In this document: positions 8,395-17,808 of the stretch, in pieces
Layout of the letters: every line of letters starts with the position of its first letter
Numbering within the stretch: position 1 is the first letter of the stretch
IMG/VR virus record: IMGVR_UViG_3300016670_000081
Coordinates: 1-27,786 of that record
DNA length: 27,786 bases
DNA from: a virus
Lineage: Duplodnaviria > Caudoviricetes
Strand: one strand, 5' to 3'
Position numbers and translations under genes: made by a program
Notes under the pieces: generated by a model
Database searches by the model: none
What the model was told of the DNA's origin: nothing
The model's input: only the letters and a program-made list of their open reading frames with translations

Positions 8395-9111
8395 ATGAGC
8401 AGCCTTTCCCCTGCCCTGCGCCACCGCGCGCGCATGCTGGCCGAGCGCACGGCCGGTGCGGCCGAGCCGCTGGGCGTCACCACCGGCAGCGCCTACGACC
8501 TGATGCTGTACAAACTGGCCGACGACCGGCGCCGCCTGAAAGCGCTGCAGTCGGTCGAACGCAAGATCGAGGTCAAGGCCACGCTGTTGCCCAGCTACGC
8601 GCCGTGGATAGACGGCGTGCTGGCCAGGGGCGCCGGCGCGCAGGACGATGTGGTGGCCACGCTGCTGGTGTGGCACATCGATGCCGGCGAATATGACCGC
8701 GCCCTGGTCATTGCGGCCTATTGCATGACGCATCGCTTTACCCTGCCGGACGGCTACAGCCGCGACATTGCCACCATGATGCTCGATGAATTCGCCGCTG
8801 CCTACCTGCAGGGCAAGCTGGGCGCTGACCCGCAGCACGCCGTGGCCGTACTGGTCCAGGTCGAGCAGCTGACGGCCGCCAGCGACGCGCCGGATCAGGC
8901 GCGCGCCAAGCTGCACAAGGCGCTGGGCCTGGCCATGGTGGCGGTGCTGGGCCAGCAGGACGATGCCGAGATTGCACCGGCGCAGCTGGGCCAGGCCAAT
9001 GCTGCCATTGCCCACCTGCAGCGCGCCCGCTCCCTGCATGAATCGGTTGGCGTGAAAAAAGATATCGAACGTCTGGAACGGCGCATCAAGCGCGCGGCCG
9101 ATTCCAGTTAA
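8395..9111 (+). CDS. M: Terminase small/endonuclease subunit (P2 gpM)
   Basis: 'LSPALRHR', 'LKALQSVERKIEVK', 'DQARAKLHKALG', 'VGVKKDIERLER'; follows N. Confidence 0.94.
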   Translation: MSSLSPALRHRARMLAERTAGAAEPLGVTTGSAYDLMLYKLADDRRRLKALQSVERKIEVKATLLPSYAPWIDGVLARGAGAQDDVVATLLVWHIDAGEYDRALVIAAYCMTHRFTLPDGYSRDIATMMLDEFAAAYLQGKLGADPQHAVAVLVQVEQLTAASDAPDQARAKLHKALGLAMVAVLGQQDDAEIAPAQLGQANAAIAHLQRARSLHESVGVKKDIERLERRIKRAADSS

Positions 9112-9207
9112 AGAGCAGCCCCCGGCGCACAGGCGGCACGGGGGGATTCTGATCAATCCATCGATCTGATGAACCCCGTCCACCGCCTCCCTTTCACCCC
9201 ATAGCAA

Positions 9208-9720
9208 ATGCCCATGTCCTTTCTTGCCCTTCCTCCCCGCCCAGCAACTGCAGCAGGCGCGCCAGCCGAGCCAGCGCCGGCGCCCGGCATCGTGGAAAAC
9301 GATGGCTGGTTCCCCAATATCACCTTGACCGACATGCGCGACGCCATGCGCCTGGACGGCACCGTGACCGACGCGCGGCTGGTGCAGGCCGTGGTCGACG
9401 CCATCCTGCAGGTCAACCGCGAGCTGGGCGCCTGGCAGGCGCTGCAGGCCGATGCTGGAATTGCGGCGCTGGCGGACGTACCGGCCACCAGGATCAACCG
9501 CGAAAGCCGCCTGCTGGCGCAATACCGGCGCGCCGTCTACAGCACGGCCAAGGCCGACTTGATCGAGCGTTACCGCGATTACGACACCACGGCCACATCG
9601 GTCAGCGACAAGAAAAGCATGGAATGGCTGGACGAAGCGCCAGGCGCGCAGCGCCGCAATGCGCAGTGGGCTATCGCCGATATCGTCGGCCGCACGCACC
9701 TGACGGTCGAGCTGATCTGA
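9208..9720 (+). CDS. L: Head completion protein (P2 gpL)
   Basis: 'NDGWFP', 'MRLDGTVTDARL', 'YRRAVY', 'YRDYDTT', C-term 'TVELI'. Confidence 0.93.
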   Translation: MPMSFLALPPRPATAAGAPAEPAPAPGIVENDGWFPNITLTDMRDAMRLDGTVTDARLVQAVVDAILQVNRELGAWQALQADAGIAALADVPATRINRESRLLAQYRRAVYSTAKADLIERYRDYDTTATSVSDKKSMEWLDEAPGAQRRNAQWAIADIVGRTHLTVELI

Positions 9721-9929
9721 TGCAAGTACGCGCACAGCAGCACGACACGGTCGACGCGCTGGTGTGGCGCTACCTGGGCGACGGCGCCGGCTATGTCGAG
9801 CAGACGCTGGAACTGAACCCAGGCTTGGCGCAGCACGGCGCCGTGCTGCCGTCCGGCCTGGTCGTCACCCTGCCCGAACCGGTGGCCAGCAGCGCCGCCG
9901 TGGCCGACCTGGTGCAGCTATGGGATTAA
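9720..9929 (+). CDS. X: Tail protein X (LysM-like)
   Basis: 'MQVRAQQHDTVDALVWRYLG...LNPGLA...VQLWD'; start overlaps the L stop. Confidence 0.93.
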   Translation: MQVRAQQHDTVDALVWRYLGDGAGYVEQTLELNPGLAQHGAVLPSGLVVTLPEPVASSAAVADLVQLWD

Positions 9930-9942
9930 CCGCAATCACCCT

Positions 9943-10356
9943 ATGAGAAATTTAACCACCACTACCCCGGAGTATCCAGAAATGTCCGCAGAATCTGTCG
10001 GTGGCTTTGCCACCCTCGTCAAAATGTACGGCCTGAAAGCGGCCGTCGGCATGGTCGGCGCCGCCATGCTGTATATCGTGCTGCCGCCCCTGAACGCCGA
10101 CGGTACGTTCAACAAGCGCGAATTCGTCGCGCGCCTGGCCTGCGCCGGCGTGTTTTCCTGCCTGCTTGGCAGCACCGTCTACCAGCTGCTGTGCGCGCAG
10201 TTGCCCACCATCGGCGCCATGGTCAACGCATCGGCGGTCGACCTGGTGGTCGGCGCACCAGCCTGGTGGGTATCGCGCGCCGTCGCCCTGTGGTTCCAGC
10301 GCCGCAGCGGCAAAGATATCGCCGAGCTGGCGCGCGACGCGAAAGATTCGCTGTGA
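9943..10356 (+). CDS. Putative holin
   Basis: Several hydrophobic segments and a basic C-terminus; lies between X and the endolysin. Alternative start at 9982 (MSAESV). Confidence 0.7.
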   Translation: MRNLTTTTPEYPEMSAESVGGFATLVKMYGLKAAVGMVGAAMLYIVLPPLNADGTFNKREFVARLACAGVFSCLLGSTVYQLLCAQLPTIGAMVNASAVDLVVGAPAWWVSRAVALWFQRRSGKDIAELARDAKDSL

Positions 10357-10928
10357 GTGCGCCGGCCATCAGCGCGCAGCTGGCCGCACTGATCAAGCCA
10401 GCAATCGACATCATTCTGCGCGCCGAAGGCGGCTATGTGAACGACCCGGCGGACAAAGGCGGCGAAACCAACTTCGGCATTACCGTGGCCGTGGCACGCG
10501 CCAACGGCTACCAGGGCGCCATGCGCGATATGCCCGAAGCCGTGGCGCGCGCCATCTACACCAAGCGCTACATCACGGAGCCAAAGTTCGACCAGGTGCT
10601 GGCCATCCATGCCGGCATCGGCGCCGAGCTGGTCGACACGGGCGTGAACATGGGGCCGCACCGCGCCGCCGAGTTCCTGCAGCGCTGGCTGAACGGCTTC
10701 AACGATACCGGCACGCGCTACCCGCTGCTGTTTGTCGATGGCCGTCTGGGCGCTATCTCCCTGGCCGCGCTGGCCGCTTACCTCAAGTGGCGCGGCCAGG
10801 ACGGCGCCACGGTGCTGCTGCGCGGCCTGAACGGCGTGCAAGCCGAGCGCTATCTGGCCATCACCGAAGCCAACACCAGCCAGCGCCGCTTTCTGTTCGG
10901 CTGGGTCAAGGAGCGGGTGGCTATATGA
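10353..10928 (+). CDS. Endolysin, glycoside hydrolase family 108 with PG-binding domain
   Basis: 'EGGYVNDPADKGGETNFGIT' GH108 motif, 'DTGVNMG', 'VDGRLG', 'FLFGW'; GTG start overlaps the holin stop. Confidence 0.92.
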   Translation: MSAPAISAQLAALIKPAIDIILRAEGGYVNDPADKGGETNFGITVAVARANGYQGAMRDMPEAVARAIYTKRYITEPKFDQVLAIHAGIGAELVDTGVNMGPHRAAEFLQRWLNGFNDTGTRYPLLFVDGRLGAISLAALAAYLKWRGQDGATVLLRGLNGVQAERYLAITEANTSQRRFLFGWVKERVAI

Positions 10929-11446
10929 GCATGACCATCTGGCGCCCGCTGGCCGCCTGCCTGCTGTGCGGCGCCATCGCCGGCTGGACCGCGCAGGGCT
11001 GGCGCAAAAATACCGCCATCGCCGCGCTGCAGTCGGCAGCAGCCACCAAGGCGGCCAGCGCCGCCGAAGCGCTGGCCACCGCCACCACTCGCGTGCTCGC
11101 GCTGGAGCGCGCCGCTGGCGCCGCCCTGGCGCAGCGCGCCGATCAACTCACCCGGGAACAAGACCATGCAAAAACTGAGCGCGACCGTTTTATGCTTGAT
11201 GTGCGCAGCGGCGCTGTGCGCCTGTCAATCCCCATTGCCAGCAGCCAGTGCGCCGCCGGCACCACTGCCGGCGATTCCACCGCTGCCGCAGGCGATAGGC
11301 GCCAAGCGCGCGCCGAACTTGACCCAGCGACTGCGGCAGCTCTTGGCGCCATCGCCGGCGACGGCGACGACGCCACCCGCCAGCTGAACGCCTGCATCGA
11401 CGCCTATAACCAACTGCGCGACACCTACCATGTACAAGCCCAATAG
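10925..11446 (+). CDS. i-spanin (Rz-like)
   Basis: N-term membrane anchor 'LLCGAIAGWTAQGWR', Ala-rich coiled coil, 'GAVRLSIP', 'RAELDP', 'GDDATRQLNAC'. Confidence 0.88.
   Translation: MSMTIWRPLAACLLCGAIAGWTAQGWRKNTAIAALQSAAATKAASAAEALATATTRVLALERAAGAALAQRADQLTREQDHAKTERDRFMLDVRSGAVRLSIPIASSQCAAGTTAGDSTAAAGDRRQARAELDPATAAALGAIAGDGDDATRQLNACIDAYNQLRDTYHVQAQ
11166..11387 (+). CDS. o-spanin lipoprotein (Rz1-like), embedded in Rz
   Basis: Signal peptide with lipobox 'LCAC' followed by a Pro-rich segment, in the +1 frame inside Rz. Confidence 0.8.
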   Translation: MQKLSATVLCLMCAAALCACQSPLPAASAPPAPLPAIPPLPQAIGAKRAPNLTQRLRQLLAPSPATATTPPAS

Positions 11447-11918
11447 CCTGCGCCAGCACCTGGCCGCCGCCATCCCCGAGCTGCAGCGCGACCCCGACCG
11501 CCTGCTGGTGTTTGCCGACGAAGGCAACGTGGTGGCCAGTTCCACCGCCTCGCTGTCGTTCGAATACCGCTTCAAGCTCAACCTGATCGTGACCGACTAC
11601 GCCGGCGAAGCCGACGCCATCATGGTCGCCCTGATCGCCTGGCTGAAAGTGCATCAGCTCGACCTGCTGGCCAACGAGGAACGGCGCAAGCACGGCATAG
11701 CCTTCGAAGTTGACTTCAACAACCATGAGACAGTCGATATCTCGATCAGGCTGGACCTGACCGAGCGCGTGGCCGTCAAACCCGGCGAAGCCGGCCGGCT
11801 CGATATCCGGCACCTCGCCGAAGTGCAGGACACGCCAGCCTATGCGGACGAATTCTGGAAGCTGTACAGCGGCGACACGCTGCTGGCCGAATGGCAAACG
11901 CCACAGGCCACCGCATGA
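11430..11918 (+). CDS. R: Tail completion protein (P2 gpR)
   Basis: 'MYKPNSLR', 'SLSFEYRFKLNL', 'DISIRLDLTERV'. Confidence 0.94.
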   Translation: MYKPNSLRQHLAAAIPELQRDPDRLLVFADEGNVVASSTASLSFEYRFKLNLIVTDYAGEADAIMVALIAWLKVHQLDLLANEERRKHGIAFEVDFNNHETVDISIRLDLTERVAVKPGEAGRLDIRHLAEVQDTPAYADEFWKLYSGDTLLAEWQTPQATA

Positions 11919-12382
11919 GCAACGACCTGCACGCCCTAGAGGCCTGGGCTGGTGCGCTGCTGGCCAAGCTGCAGCCGGCCCAGCGCCGTGCCATCAATCA
12001 CAAGGTGGCCATCGATCTGCGCCGCAGCCAGGCGCAGCGCATCAAGGCGCAGCAGGGGCCGGATGGTGCGGCTTATCCACCACGCAAGAAACGCAAGGAA
12101 TTTAAGGGGAAGAAGGGGCGGATCAAGCGGCAGAAGGCGGCGATGTTCGGCAAAATTCGCACCACCAAGCACATGAAAATGACGGCCACCGGCGACCACA
12201 TCGAGGTCGGCTTCTTTGGCTGGGTGGCGCGCGTGGCACGAGTTCATCATGAAGGATTGATAGACAACGTGGCAAAGAAGAGAGCGAAATATACTTATCC
12301 GGCGCGCCCACTTTTGGGTATCAGTGAAGCGGATCGAGTATTGATAAGAGAATCTCTCTTACATCATCTTTATAAATTCTGA
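11915..12382 (+). CDS. S: Tail completion / virion morphogenesis protein (P2 gpS)
   Basis: 'LRRSQAQRIKAQQGPDG', 'ARVHHEG', 'YPARPLLG'; ATGA overlap with R. Confidence 0.93.
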   Translation: MSNDLHALEAWAGALLAKLQPAQRRAINHKVAIDLRRSQAQRIKAQQGPDGAAYPPRKKRKEFKGKKGRIKRQKAAMFGKIRTTKHMKMTATGDHIEVGFFGWVARVARVHHEGLIDNVAKKRAKYTYPARPLLGISEADRVLIRESLLHHLYKF

Positions 12383-12509
12383 CTATCTTAGGGCATATAA
12401 GTGACAAATTGTTGCCTAATAAGTTAAAGTTGCACCCGGATATTTGCTTTCAGCATCGGGTAGATATAACTTCAACTGTCTTGAAAAGACATAGAGAAAG
12501 AGGCAAATC

Positions 12510-12713
12510 ATGAATATATGCCCTCACTGCGGCGGGGACTTAGGCGACCTTGACCATATCAATGACATTTTGGCTCTCGATAAGTTAAATGGAAAGACCA
12601 CATTCCGGTCCATTTGTTGCGATAAGGAAATCGAAGCCTATAGTGATGTAGGTATGTACTACATCGTTGATGAAAACAGAGCTAGGTCAAGGCAAATGAT
12701 TGGCGCAGCATAG
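12510..12713 (+). CDS. Small hypothetical Cys-rich protein (moron)
   Basis: 67 aa, CPHC...ICC, RBS AGAAAGAGG, within an AT-rich insert between S and V. Confidence 0.65.
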   Translation: MNICPHCGGDLGDLDHINDILALDKLNGKTTFRSICCDKEIEAYSDVGMYYIVDENRARSRQMIGAA

Positions 12714-12778
12714 GTTATTTCCCTGTCAAACTGATCATTGGTCGACCTTCTGAAAATGGTCAGGGATATTAAGTAGCA

Positions 12779-12831
12779 TATCAACCCGCCCCCGCGTGCA
12801 TCCGCACGCGGACTTCGGCAACATGCACTGC
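12779..12831 (+). promoter_or_regulatory. Late promoter pV, probably leaderless
   Basis: TATCAACCCGC half-site (compare TAGCAACCCGC at pO), 29 nt, CAACAT, then 7 nt to the V ATG with no SD. Confidence 0.6.
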
Positions 12832-13491
12832 ATGAACGCCGACCTGTCCGACATCCTCCGCTTGCTGCAAAACCTGATCCGCCTGGGCACCATTGCTCAG
12901 GTCGACGGCGCCAAGGCGCGTGTGCAGCTCGGGCCGCAACTGACCACTGAGTGGCTGAGCTGGATCACCCCGCGCGCCGGCACCACCCGCGCCTGGTCTG
13001 CGCCCACCGAAGGCGAACAGGTCATGGTGCTGTCGCCAGGCGGCGACCTGACGCGCGGCGTTATCGTGCCGGCGCTGTTCTCCAAGGCGTTTGACGCGCC
13101 AGCATCCAGCGACACCATCCACACCACACACTACCCTGACGGCGCCGTGGTGCAGTACGACCATGAAGCGCACGCCCTGACCGCCACACTGCCAGGCGGC
13201 ACCGCCACCATCACGGCCGATAAAGTCACCTCCGACGCCCCCAGCACCATCTGCACGGGTGATGTGACCATCATGGGTAACCTGGTCGTCAAGCAATCGG
13301 CCACCGTGAGCGGCGCTACCGCCCTGAATGGCGGCGTAAACGCCAAGGCCGGCGCTGCCGGCGGCGTGGCCATGTCCGTGCAAGGCACCGTCAAGGCCAG
13401 CGATGACGTACAGGCCGGCACGGTCAGCCTAGCCAAGCATACGCATGGCGGCGTTCGGAGCGGTGGCGACAAGTCGGGCGGCCCACAATGA
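12832..13491 (+). CDS. V: Baseplate spike protein (P2 gpV)
   Basis: 'LQNLIRLGTI', 'WSAPTEGEQV', 'YPDGAVVQYD', C-term HxH 'KHTHGGVRSG'. Confidence 0.95.
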   Translation: MNADLSDILRLLQNLIRLGTIAQVDGAKARVQLGPQLTTEWLSWITPRAGTTRAWSAPTEGEQVMVLSPGGDLTRGVIVPALFSKAFDAPASSDTIHTTHYPDGAVVQYDHEAHALTATLPGGTATITADKVTSDAPSTICTGDVTIMGNLVVKQSATVSGATALNGGVNAKAGAAGGVAMSVQGTVKASDDVQAGTVSLAKHTHGGVRSGGDKSGGPQ

Positions 13492-13832
13492 GCGGCTTGA
13501 ACCTGACCACCGGCCGCGCGCTGTCCGGGCTGGCCCATATCCGCCAGTCCATCGCCGATATCCTGACCACGCCCATCGGTTCGCGCCTGATGCGCCGCCG
13601 CTATGGCTCGGAAGTGCCCGAGCTAATGGATCAGCCTTTGAACAGCGCCACAGTGCTGCGCATCTACGCCGCCACCGCTTACGCCGTGCGGCTGTGGGAA
13701 CCGCGCATTACCCTGACCGGTATGCAGTTTGAAGCTGGCCAGCCCGGTGCTGCCGCGCTGATCTTGGACGGCATGGCCGATGGCCAGGCTGTGCAACTGG
13801 CCGTCAATATCGGCCAGGACGGTGCGCCATGA
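13488..13832 (+). CDS. W: Baseplate assembly protein (P2 gpW, gp25-like)
   Basis: 'HIRQSIADILTTPIGSRLMRRRYGS', 'WEPRI'. Confidence 0.95.
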   Translation: MSGLNLTTGRALSGLAHIRQSIADILTTPIGSRLMRRRYGSEVPELMDQPLNSATVLRIYAATAYAVRLWEPRITLTGMQFEAGQPGAAALILDGMADGQAVQLAVNIGQDGAP

Positions 13833-14707
13833 GCAGCGCTATCGACCTGTCCATGCTGCCGCCACCGTCCATCATCGAAGAGCTCGATTTTGAAACGCTG
13901 CTGGCGGCGCGTCGCGCCGACCTGGTCGAGCGCTATCCGGCCGCAGCAGACGTCATCGCCCTGGAATCGGAACCGCTGAACAAACTGCTGGAAGAGTCGG
14001 CTTATCGTGAGCTGATCCTGCGCCAGCGCATCAACGAGGCCGCGCGCGGCGTCATGCTGGCGTTTGCCGGCGGCGCCGACCTGCAGCAGCTGGCCGCGCT
14101 GTTCGGTGTGCAGCAGCAAACCGGCGAGGCCGACGACGCGCTGCGCCTGCGCACCCAGCAATCGCTGTATCGCCTGTCGGTGGCCGGCCCGACTGAAGCC
14201 TATGCCAGCCATGCCAGCGCTGCCGCGCCCTATATCAAGGACGTGGCCGTGACCAGCCCCACGCCGGGCACCGTGCTGTTGACGCTGTTAAGCGCCATCG
14301 GCAACGGCACGGCCAGCAGCGACCAGATTGCAGCAGTCAATGCAGCACTGTCTGCCGATACCGTGCGTCCGATCTGCGACACCGTGCTGGTGCAAAGCGC
14401 CGCCATCATCGACTACGGCGTCGAAGCCGTGCTGGAAACGCTGGGCGGCCCATCGGGCGAGGCCGTGCGCGCCGCCGCCCAGGCAGCAGCTGAACGCTAT
14501 GTGCGCGACGCGCACCAGATCGGCAATGCCGTCACGCGCAGCGGCCTGTATGCCGCGCTGCGCCAGCCTGGCGTCACGCGTGTCACCTTAATAACGCCAG
14601 CGCAGCCCGCCGGCGACAGCGATATCCTGGTGCAGCCTGCTGCGCTGGGCGCCGCCTGGTGCGCCAGCGTCATCGTGCGCCTGGCCGACAAGCGCGTGGC
14701 GCCATGA
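13829..14707 (+). CDS. J: Baseplate J protein
   Basis: 'IDLSMLPPP..IEELDFE', 'ESEPLNKLLE', 'SVAGP', 'VRPICDTV.VQSA'. Confidence 0.94.
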   Translation: MSSAIDLSMLPPPSIIEELDFETLLAARRADLVERYPAAADVIALESEPLNKLLEESAYRELILRQRINEAARGVMLAFAGGADLQQLAALFGVQQQTGEADDALRLRTQQSLYRLSVAGPTEAYASHASAAAPYIKDVAVTSPTPGTVLLTLLSAIGNGTASSDQIAAVNAALSADTVRPICDTVLVQSAAIIDYGVEAVLETLGGPSGEAVRAAAQAAAERYVRDAHQIGNAVTRSGLYAALRQPGVTRVTLITPAQPAGDSDILVQPAALGAAWCASVIVRLADKRVAP

Positions 14708-16161
14708 TGCACTTGCTGCCGCCAAACGCCAGCCCGCTGGAGCGTGCCATTGCCGCTACCGGCGCCGGCATCGACACCCTGCCGGTGGCCCTGCGCGACC
14801 TGTGGAATCCGGCGACCTGCCCTGTCACCCTGCTGCCCTGGCTGGCCTGGTCGCTGGCAGTGGACGAATGGGACGAAGCCTGGACTGAAAGCGTCCAGCG
14901 CGCCGTAGTGGCCGACGCCATCGAAGTACACCGCCATCGCGGCACCGTCTGGTCGCTCAAGCGCTCGCTGGCGCCGCTCGGCATGGCCATCGATGTGATC
15001 GACCAGGCCACCCAGCGCGCCAGCTATGCGCAGCTCGATGCGGCGCAACTGGACGGCTCCTGGCAGCTCAACAGCACGAACAAAATCAGGCCCATCGAGT
15101 TGTACGCCAACCTGCCGCAAATCCAGCATTGGGCGCAATTCATCGTGCGCGCCAACCTGGCCGATGCGATCCGCGCCGAGAACTTCAGCATGCTGCGCCA
15201 CCTGGTGCAGAAATGGAAGCCGGCGCGCAGCTGGCCGATTTTCATGTTCTGGCTGTCGTTCATGCTCGATGTGCGCGCCCAAGCCAGCGCGACGCTGCAA
15301 CTGCAAACGCAGGCCGACGCACGCTTTCCGTGGGCTGGCCGCACCATCGGCAACGCCGCCAGCTGGTCGCTGGGCCGCGATGGCGTGCTGGTGACGCTGC
15401 CGCAGCCCATGCGCAGTTTCCAGTTGGGCCAGCAGCGCGGCGCGCGCAGCACCTGGCGCCTGCAGGGTAGCCGGGTGGCCAGCACGGCGCTGCTGCAGAG
15501 CGCCGTGGCCACCAGTGCCTATCGCCTGCCGGCGCTGGCCGAACGCGGACGCCACCTGGATGGCGCATGGGGCATCGGCCGGGCGCGCATCAGCACCATG
15601 AGCGAGGCCAGTATCCAGACCCATAGCGTGATTGCTGCGCCGTCGCAGCTGACGACCACGCACCACATCGCGCTGCGCCTGGACTATCCAACCACGCCGG
15701 CCAGGCTTGGCGCACGCACCAGGCTGGCGCCGTGGCGCCGCCTGGATGGCCGCTGGGCTATCGGCTCGACCATCACGCCCTGCAAGTTCGGCTTTGCGCT
15801 GCGCCGCGATAACGCCATCAAGGTGCAGGCATCTGTGGGCCTGGCATGCGCGGCCGAGGCTTACGCCAGCCCCGAGCGACTGGCCAGGCGCGCCCCGGTC
15901 AGCCTTGGCGCCAGCGCACGGCGGCTCGATGGTAGCTGGCGCCCCGGTGCTGAAAACCGGCTCGGGCATTTGAGCCTGGACGGCCGCCAGCTCAGGGCGC
16001 AGCAGCTCGTTATACGCCCACGCATCGGCAAGTTTTCTGTCATGCAGGACGCAGCCGATACAGCAGGCAGCTCGCAGCGCCGCCTGCACCTGAACGGGCA
16101 ATGGCGCATCGGCGCCCCGGCCGTACCGCAATTTCATATCAACATTATCAAGGGAGGATAA
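14704..16161 (+). CDS. I: Tail protein I with long C-terminal extension
   Basis: N-term 'LLPPNASPLE', 'LWNPATCP..LLPWLAWSLAVDEWD', 'HRHRGT' is P2 gpI; followed by about 300 extra aa with LDGxW repeats. Confidence 0.85.
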   Translation: MMHLLPPNASPLERAIAATGAGIDTLPVALRDLWNPATCPVTLLPWLAWSLAVDEWDEAWTESVQRAVVADAIEVHRHRGTVWSLKRSLAPLGMAIDVIDQATQRASYAQLDAAQLDGSWQLNSTNKIRPIELYANLPQIQHWAQFIVRANLADAIRAENFSMLRHLVQKWKPARSWPIFMFWLSFMLDVRAQASATLQLQTQADARFPWAGRTIGNAASWSLGRDGVLVTLPQPMRSFQLGQQRGARSTWRLQGSRVASTALLQSAVATSAYRLPALAERGRHLDGAWGIGRARISTMSEASIQTHSVIAAPSQLTTTHHIALRLDYPTTPARLGARTRLAPWRRLDGRWAIGSTITPCKFGFALRRDNAIKVQASVGLACAAEAYASPERLARRAPVSLGASARRLDGSWRPGAENRLGHLSLDGRQLRAQQLVIRPRIGKFSVMQDAADTAGSSQRRLHLNGQWRIGAPAVPQFHINIIKGG

Positions 16162-16163
16162 AC

Positions 16164-16544
16164 ATGGCCGAGGCGATTACCGTCGACGCATACCGCAAGC
16201 GACTGGCGAAACATATGGCCGACAACACGGCGCTGCCGCCGATTGCCTACATGGCATTTGGCGATGGCGGCCACAACGCCGACCTGACACCCAAGCCGCC
16301 ATCAGTGGCGGCGCTCGGCCTAGCCCATGAGGTACTGCGCAAGCCGCTGGCCGCCATCACCCAGGAAGACGCATTCAGCACCACCGGCAAGGGCGTGATC
16401 GAGGCGGCCGAACTGGTAGGCGCCCGTATTTCCGAAGCGGCTTTGCTGGACGCCAATGGCCAGTTGGTCGGCCTGAAAAACTTCGCGCCCAAGCTCAAGG
16501 AATCCGACGAGCGTTATGAAATCAGCATCAAGCTGCGATTCTAA
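16164..16544 (+). CDS. Short tail-collar/fibre attachment protein (resembles the H N-terminal domain)
   Basis: 'MAFGDGG', 'ISEAALLDANGQLV', 'APKLK'; RBS GGAGG. Confidence 0.75.
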   Translation: MAEAITVDAYRKRLAKHMADNTALPPIAYMAFGDGGHNADLTPKPPSVAALGLAHEVLRKPLAAITQEDAFSTTGKGVIEAAELVGARISEAALLDANGQLVGLKNFAPKLKESDERYEISIKLRF

Positions 16545-16555
16545 AGGACAGAAAA

Positions 16556-17473
16556 ATGGCTTTGCCACATAACACGATTACCCCGATCCCTAACAATGAG
16601 CCCGATGCTGTACCAGCATTGTGGAACACGCGTTATAGCGAGATCGATGAAAACTTTGCCAATCTGGATGGCCGCGTAGCCTACAGCACTGAAGAGGTTT
16701 TCCTTGCACGCAAAAGTAAGGGTAGCCTGAACGAGCGCCTGAATGATATGGAGTCGAATATCTCAGTTACCTCGGTCGATATGCAAAATGCGACCAGCGC
16801 CGCCCTGAAGTTCGCGCTCGACCAGGCTGCGCTGGCAAATTACAGCATCCAGGCATTGAAGCAGCAGATCCAGCAGGAAGGCACACTGACAATTGAAAAC
16901 AAGGGGATTGTTTCTGGCTGCGTTGCGACGAAATCGACAACAGCTGCGCGCAACCTCACCCTGTCGGCTGGCGTCTGCTTTGCCAACGGCCGCACCTACT
17001 CAGTTGCGGACGCGGCCAATTCCGCCAGCGTGCCGCCCAATAACGGCAACAGCAGCATTACGGCGAGCGCATACCTCTTTCTGGATGGCGAAAGCAAATG
17101 GAAATTGGCGGTGTCGGCCCTCGGTCAGGCGGTGCCACGCAATGCTATTCGTCTGTATAGCTTAACCATCCCCGCAAACAGCACCGATGCCACAGACCCA
17201 ACTCTGGCAGGCGTCACCCTGACCGATGTGCGTCGCATGGAGGCGCAATTTCCTATTGTCATCAATAGTGCGGTCGCCGTGTCGGCAGCACTCAACACGA
17301 TGTCCGCGAACGACTATCACGTCACATTCGATGTGGTGTCTGCCGTAGGCGCTCCCTGTTCCGCGCAGCACGTCGTCATATACAGCCGTGCCACTAATGG
17401 TTTTACGGTCATGCTCGCCAGCGCTGCCGATAACGTTGTCCTGCGCTGGCGCGCCTCAAAACTCAATAACTAA
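16556..17473 (+). CDS. Putative tail fibre/adaptor protein
   Basis: 305-aa ORF with RBS; N-terminal coiled coil ('EIDENFANLDGR') then beta-rich; located in the fibre slot. Confidence 0.65.
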   Translation: MALPHNTITPIPNNEPDAVPALWNTRYSEIDENFANLDGRVAYSTEEVFLARKSKGSLNERLNDMESNISVTSVDMQNATSAALKFALDQAALANYSIQALKQQIQQEGTLTIENKGIVSGCVATKSTTAARNLTLSAGVCFANGRTYSVADAANSASVPPNNGNSSITASAYLFLDGESKWKLAVSALGQAVPRNAIRLYSLTIPANSTDATDPTLAGVTLTDVRRMEAQFPIVINSAVAVSAALNTMSANDYHVTFDVVSAVGAPCSAQHVVIYSRATNGFTVMLASAADNVVLRWRASKLNN

Positions 17474-17484
17474 GGGTATCCACC

Positions 17485-17784
17485 ATGGCTCAAATTTTGT
17501 TAAAGCAACCCGGCCAACCTGTTGCCGACCTCACGATTGCAGGTTCCATCATCACGGTCGCCGGCGTCAAGATCGACTGCGCTGAACGTCAGCAGGACAG
17601 CGCAGTCAATGTTGAAGTGCGTCACAGCGGCAATGGTGCACTCGAAGGCGGAAGCGGTGCCTATATGGCGCATATCGCAATCCCGGCACGCCGCTACGCA
17701 CCTGCCGAAACCGAGGATGGCGCAGCTGTCGCCATTCCGCTGGACCCGAACGCCATTGAAATTACGCTCTGGCCAACCGTTTAA
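17485..17784 (+). CDS. Hypothetical tail-tip protein
   Basis: 99-aa ORF tightly packed between the fibre-like gene and the Mtd-like gene. Confidence 0.65.
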   Translation: MAQILLKQPGQPVADLTIAGSIITVAGVKIDCAERQQDSAVNVEVRHSGNGALEGGSGAYMAHIAIPARRYAPAETEDGAAVAIPLDPNAIEITLWPTV

Positions 17785-17808
17785 TTCCCCCATTTTTTGG
17801 AGTAGAGC

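Noticed and set aside
10166-10924. 426-aa ORF 10166-11446 as one protein
   Set aside because: Only the part from 10925 is Rz-like; the upstream part overlaps holin and endolysin in another frame.
14497-16137. 546-aa minus-strand ORF, and similar ones at 8332-9735, 7349-8374, 18921-19916 and 21682-22662
   Set aside because: They lie antisense to well-supported phage genes in high-GC DNA and show no recognisable motifs.
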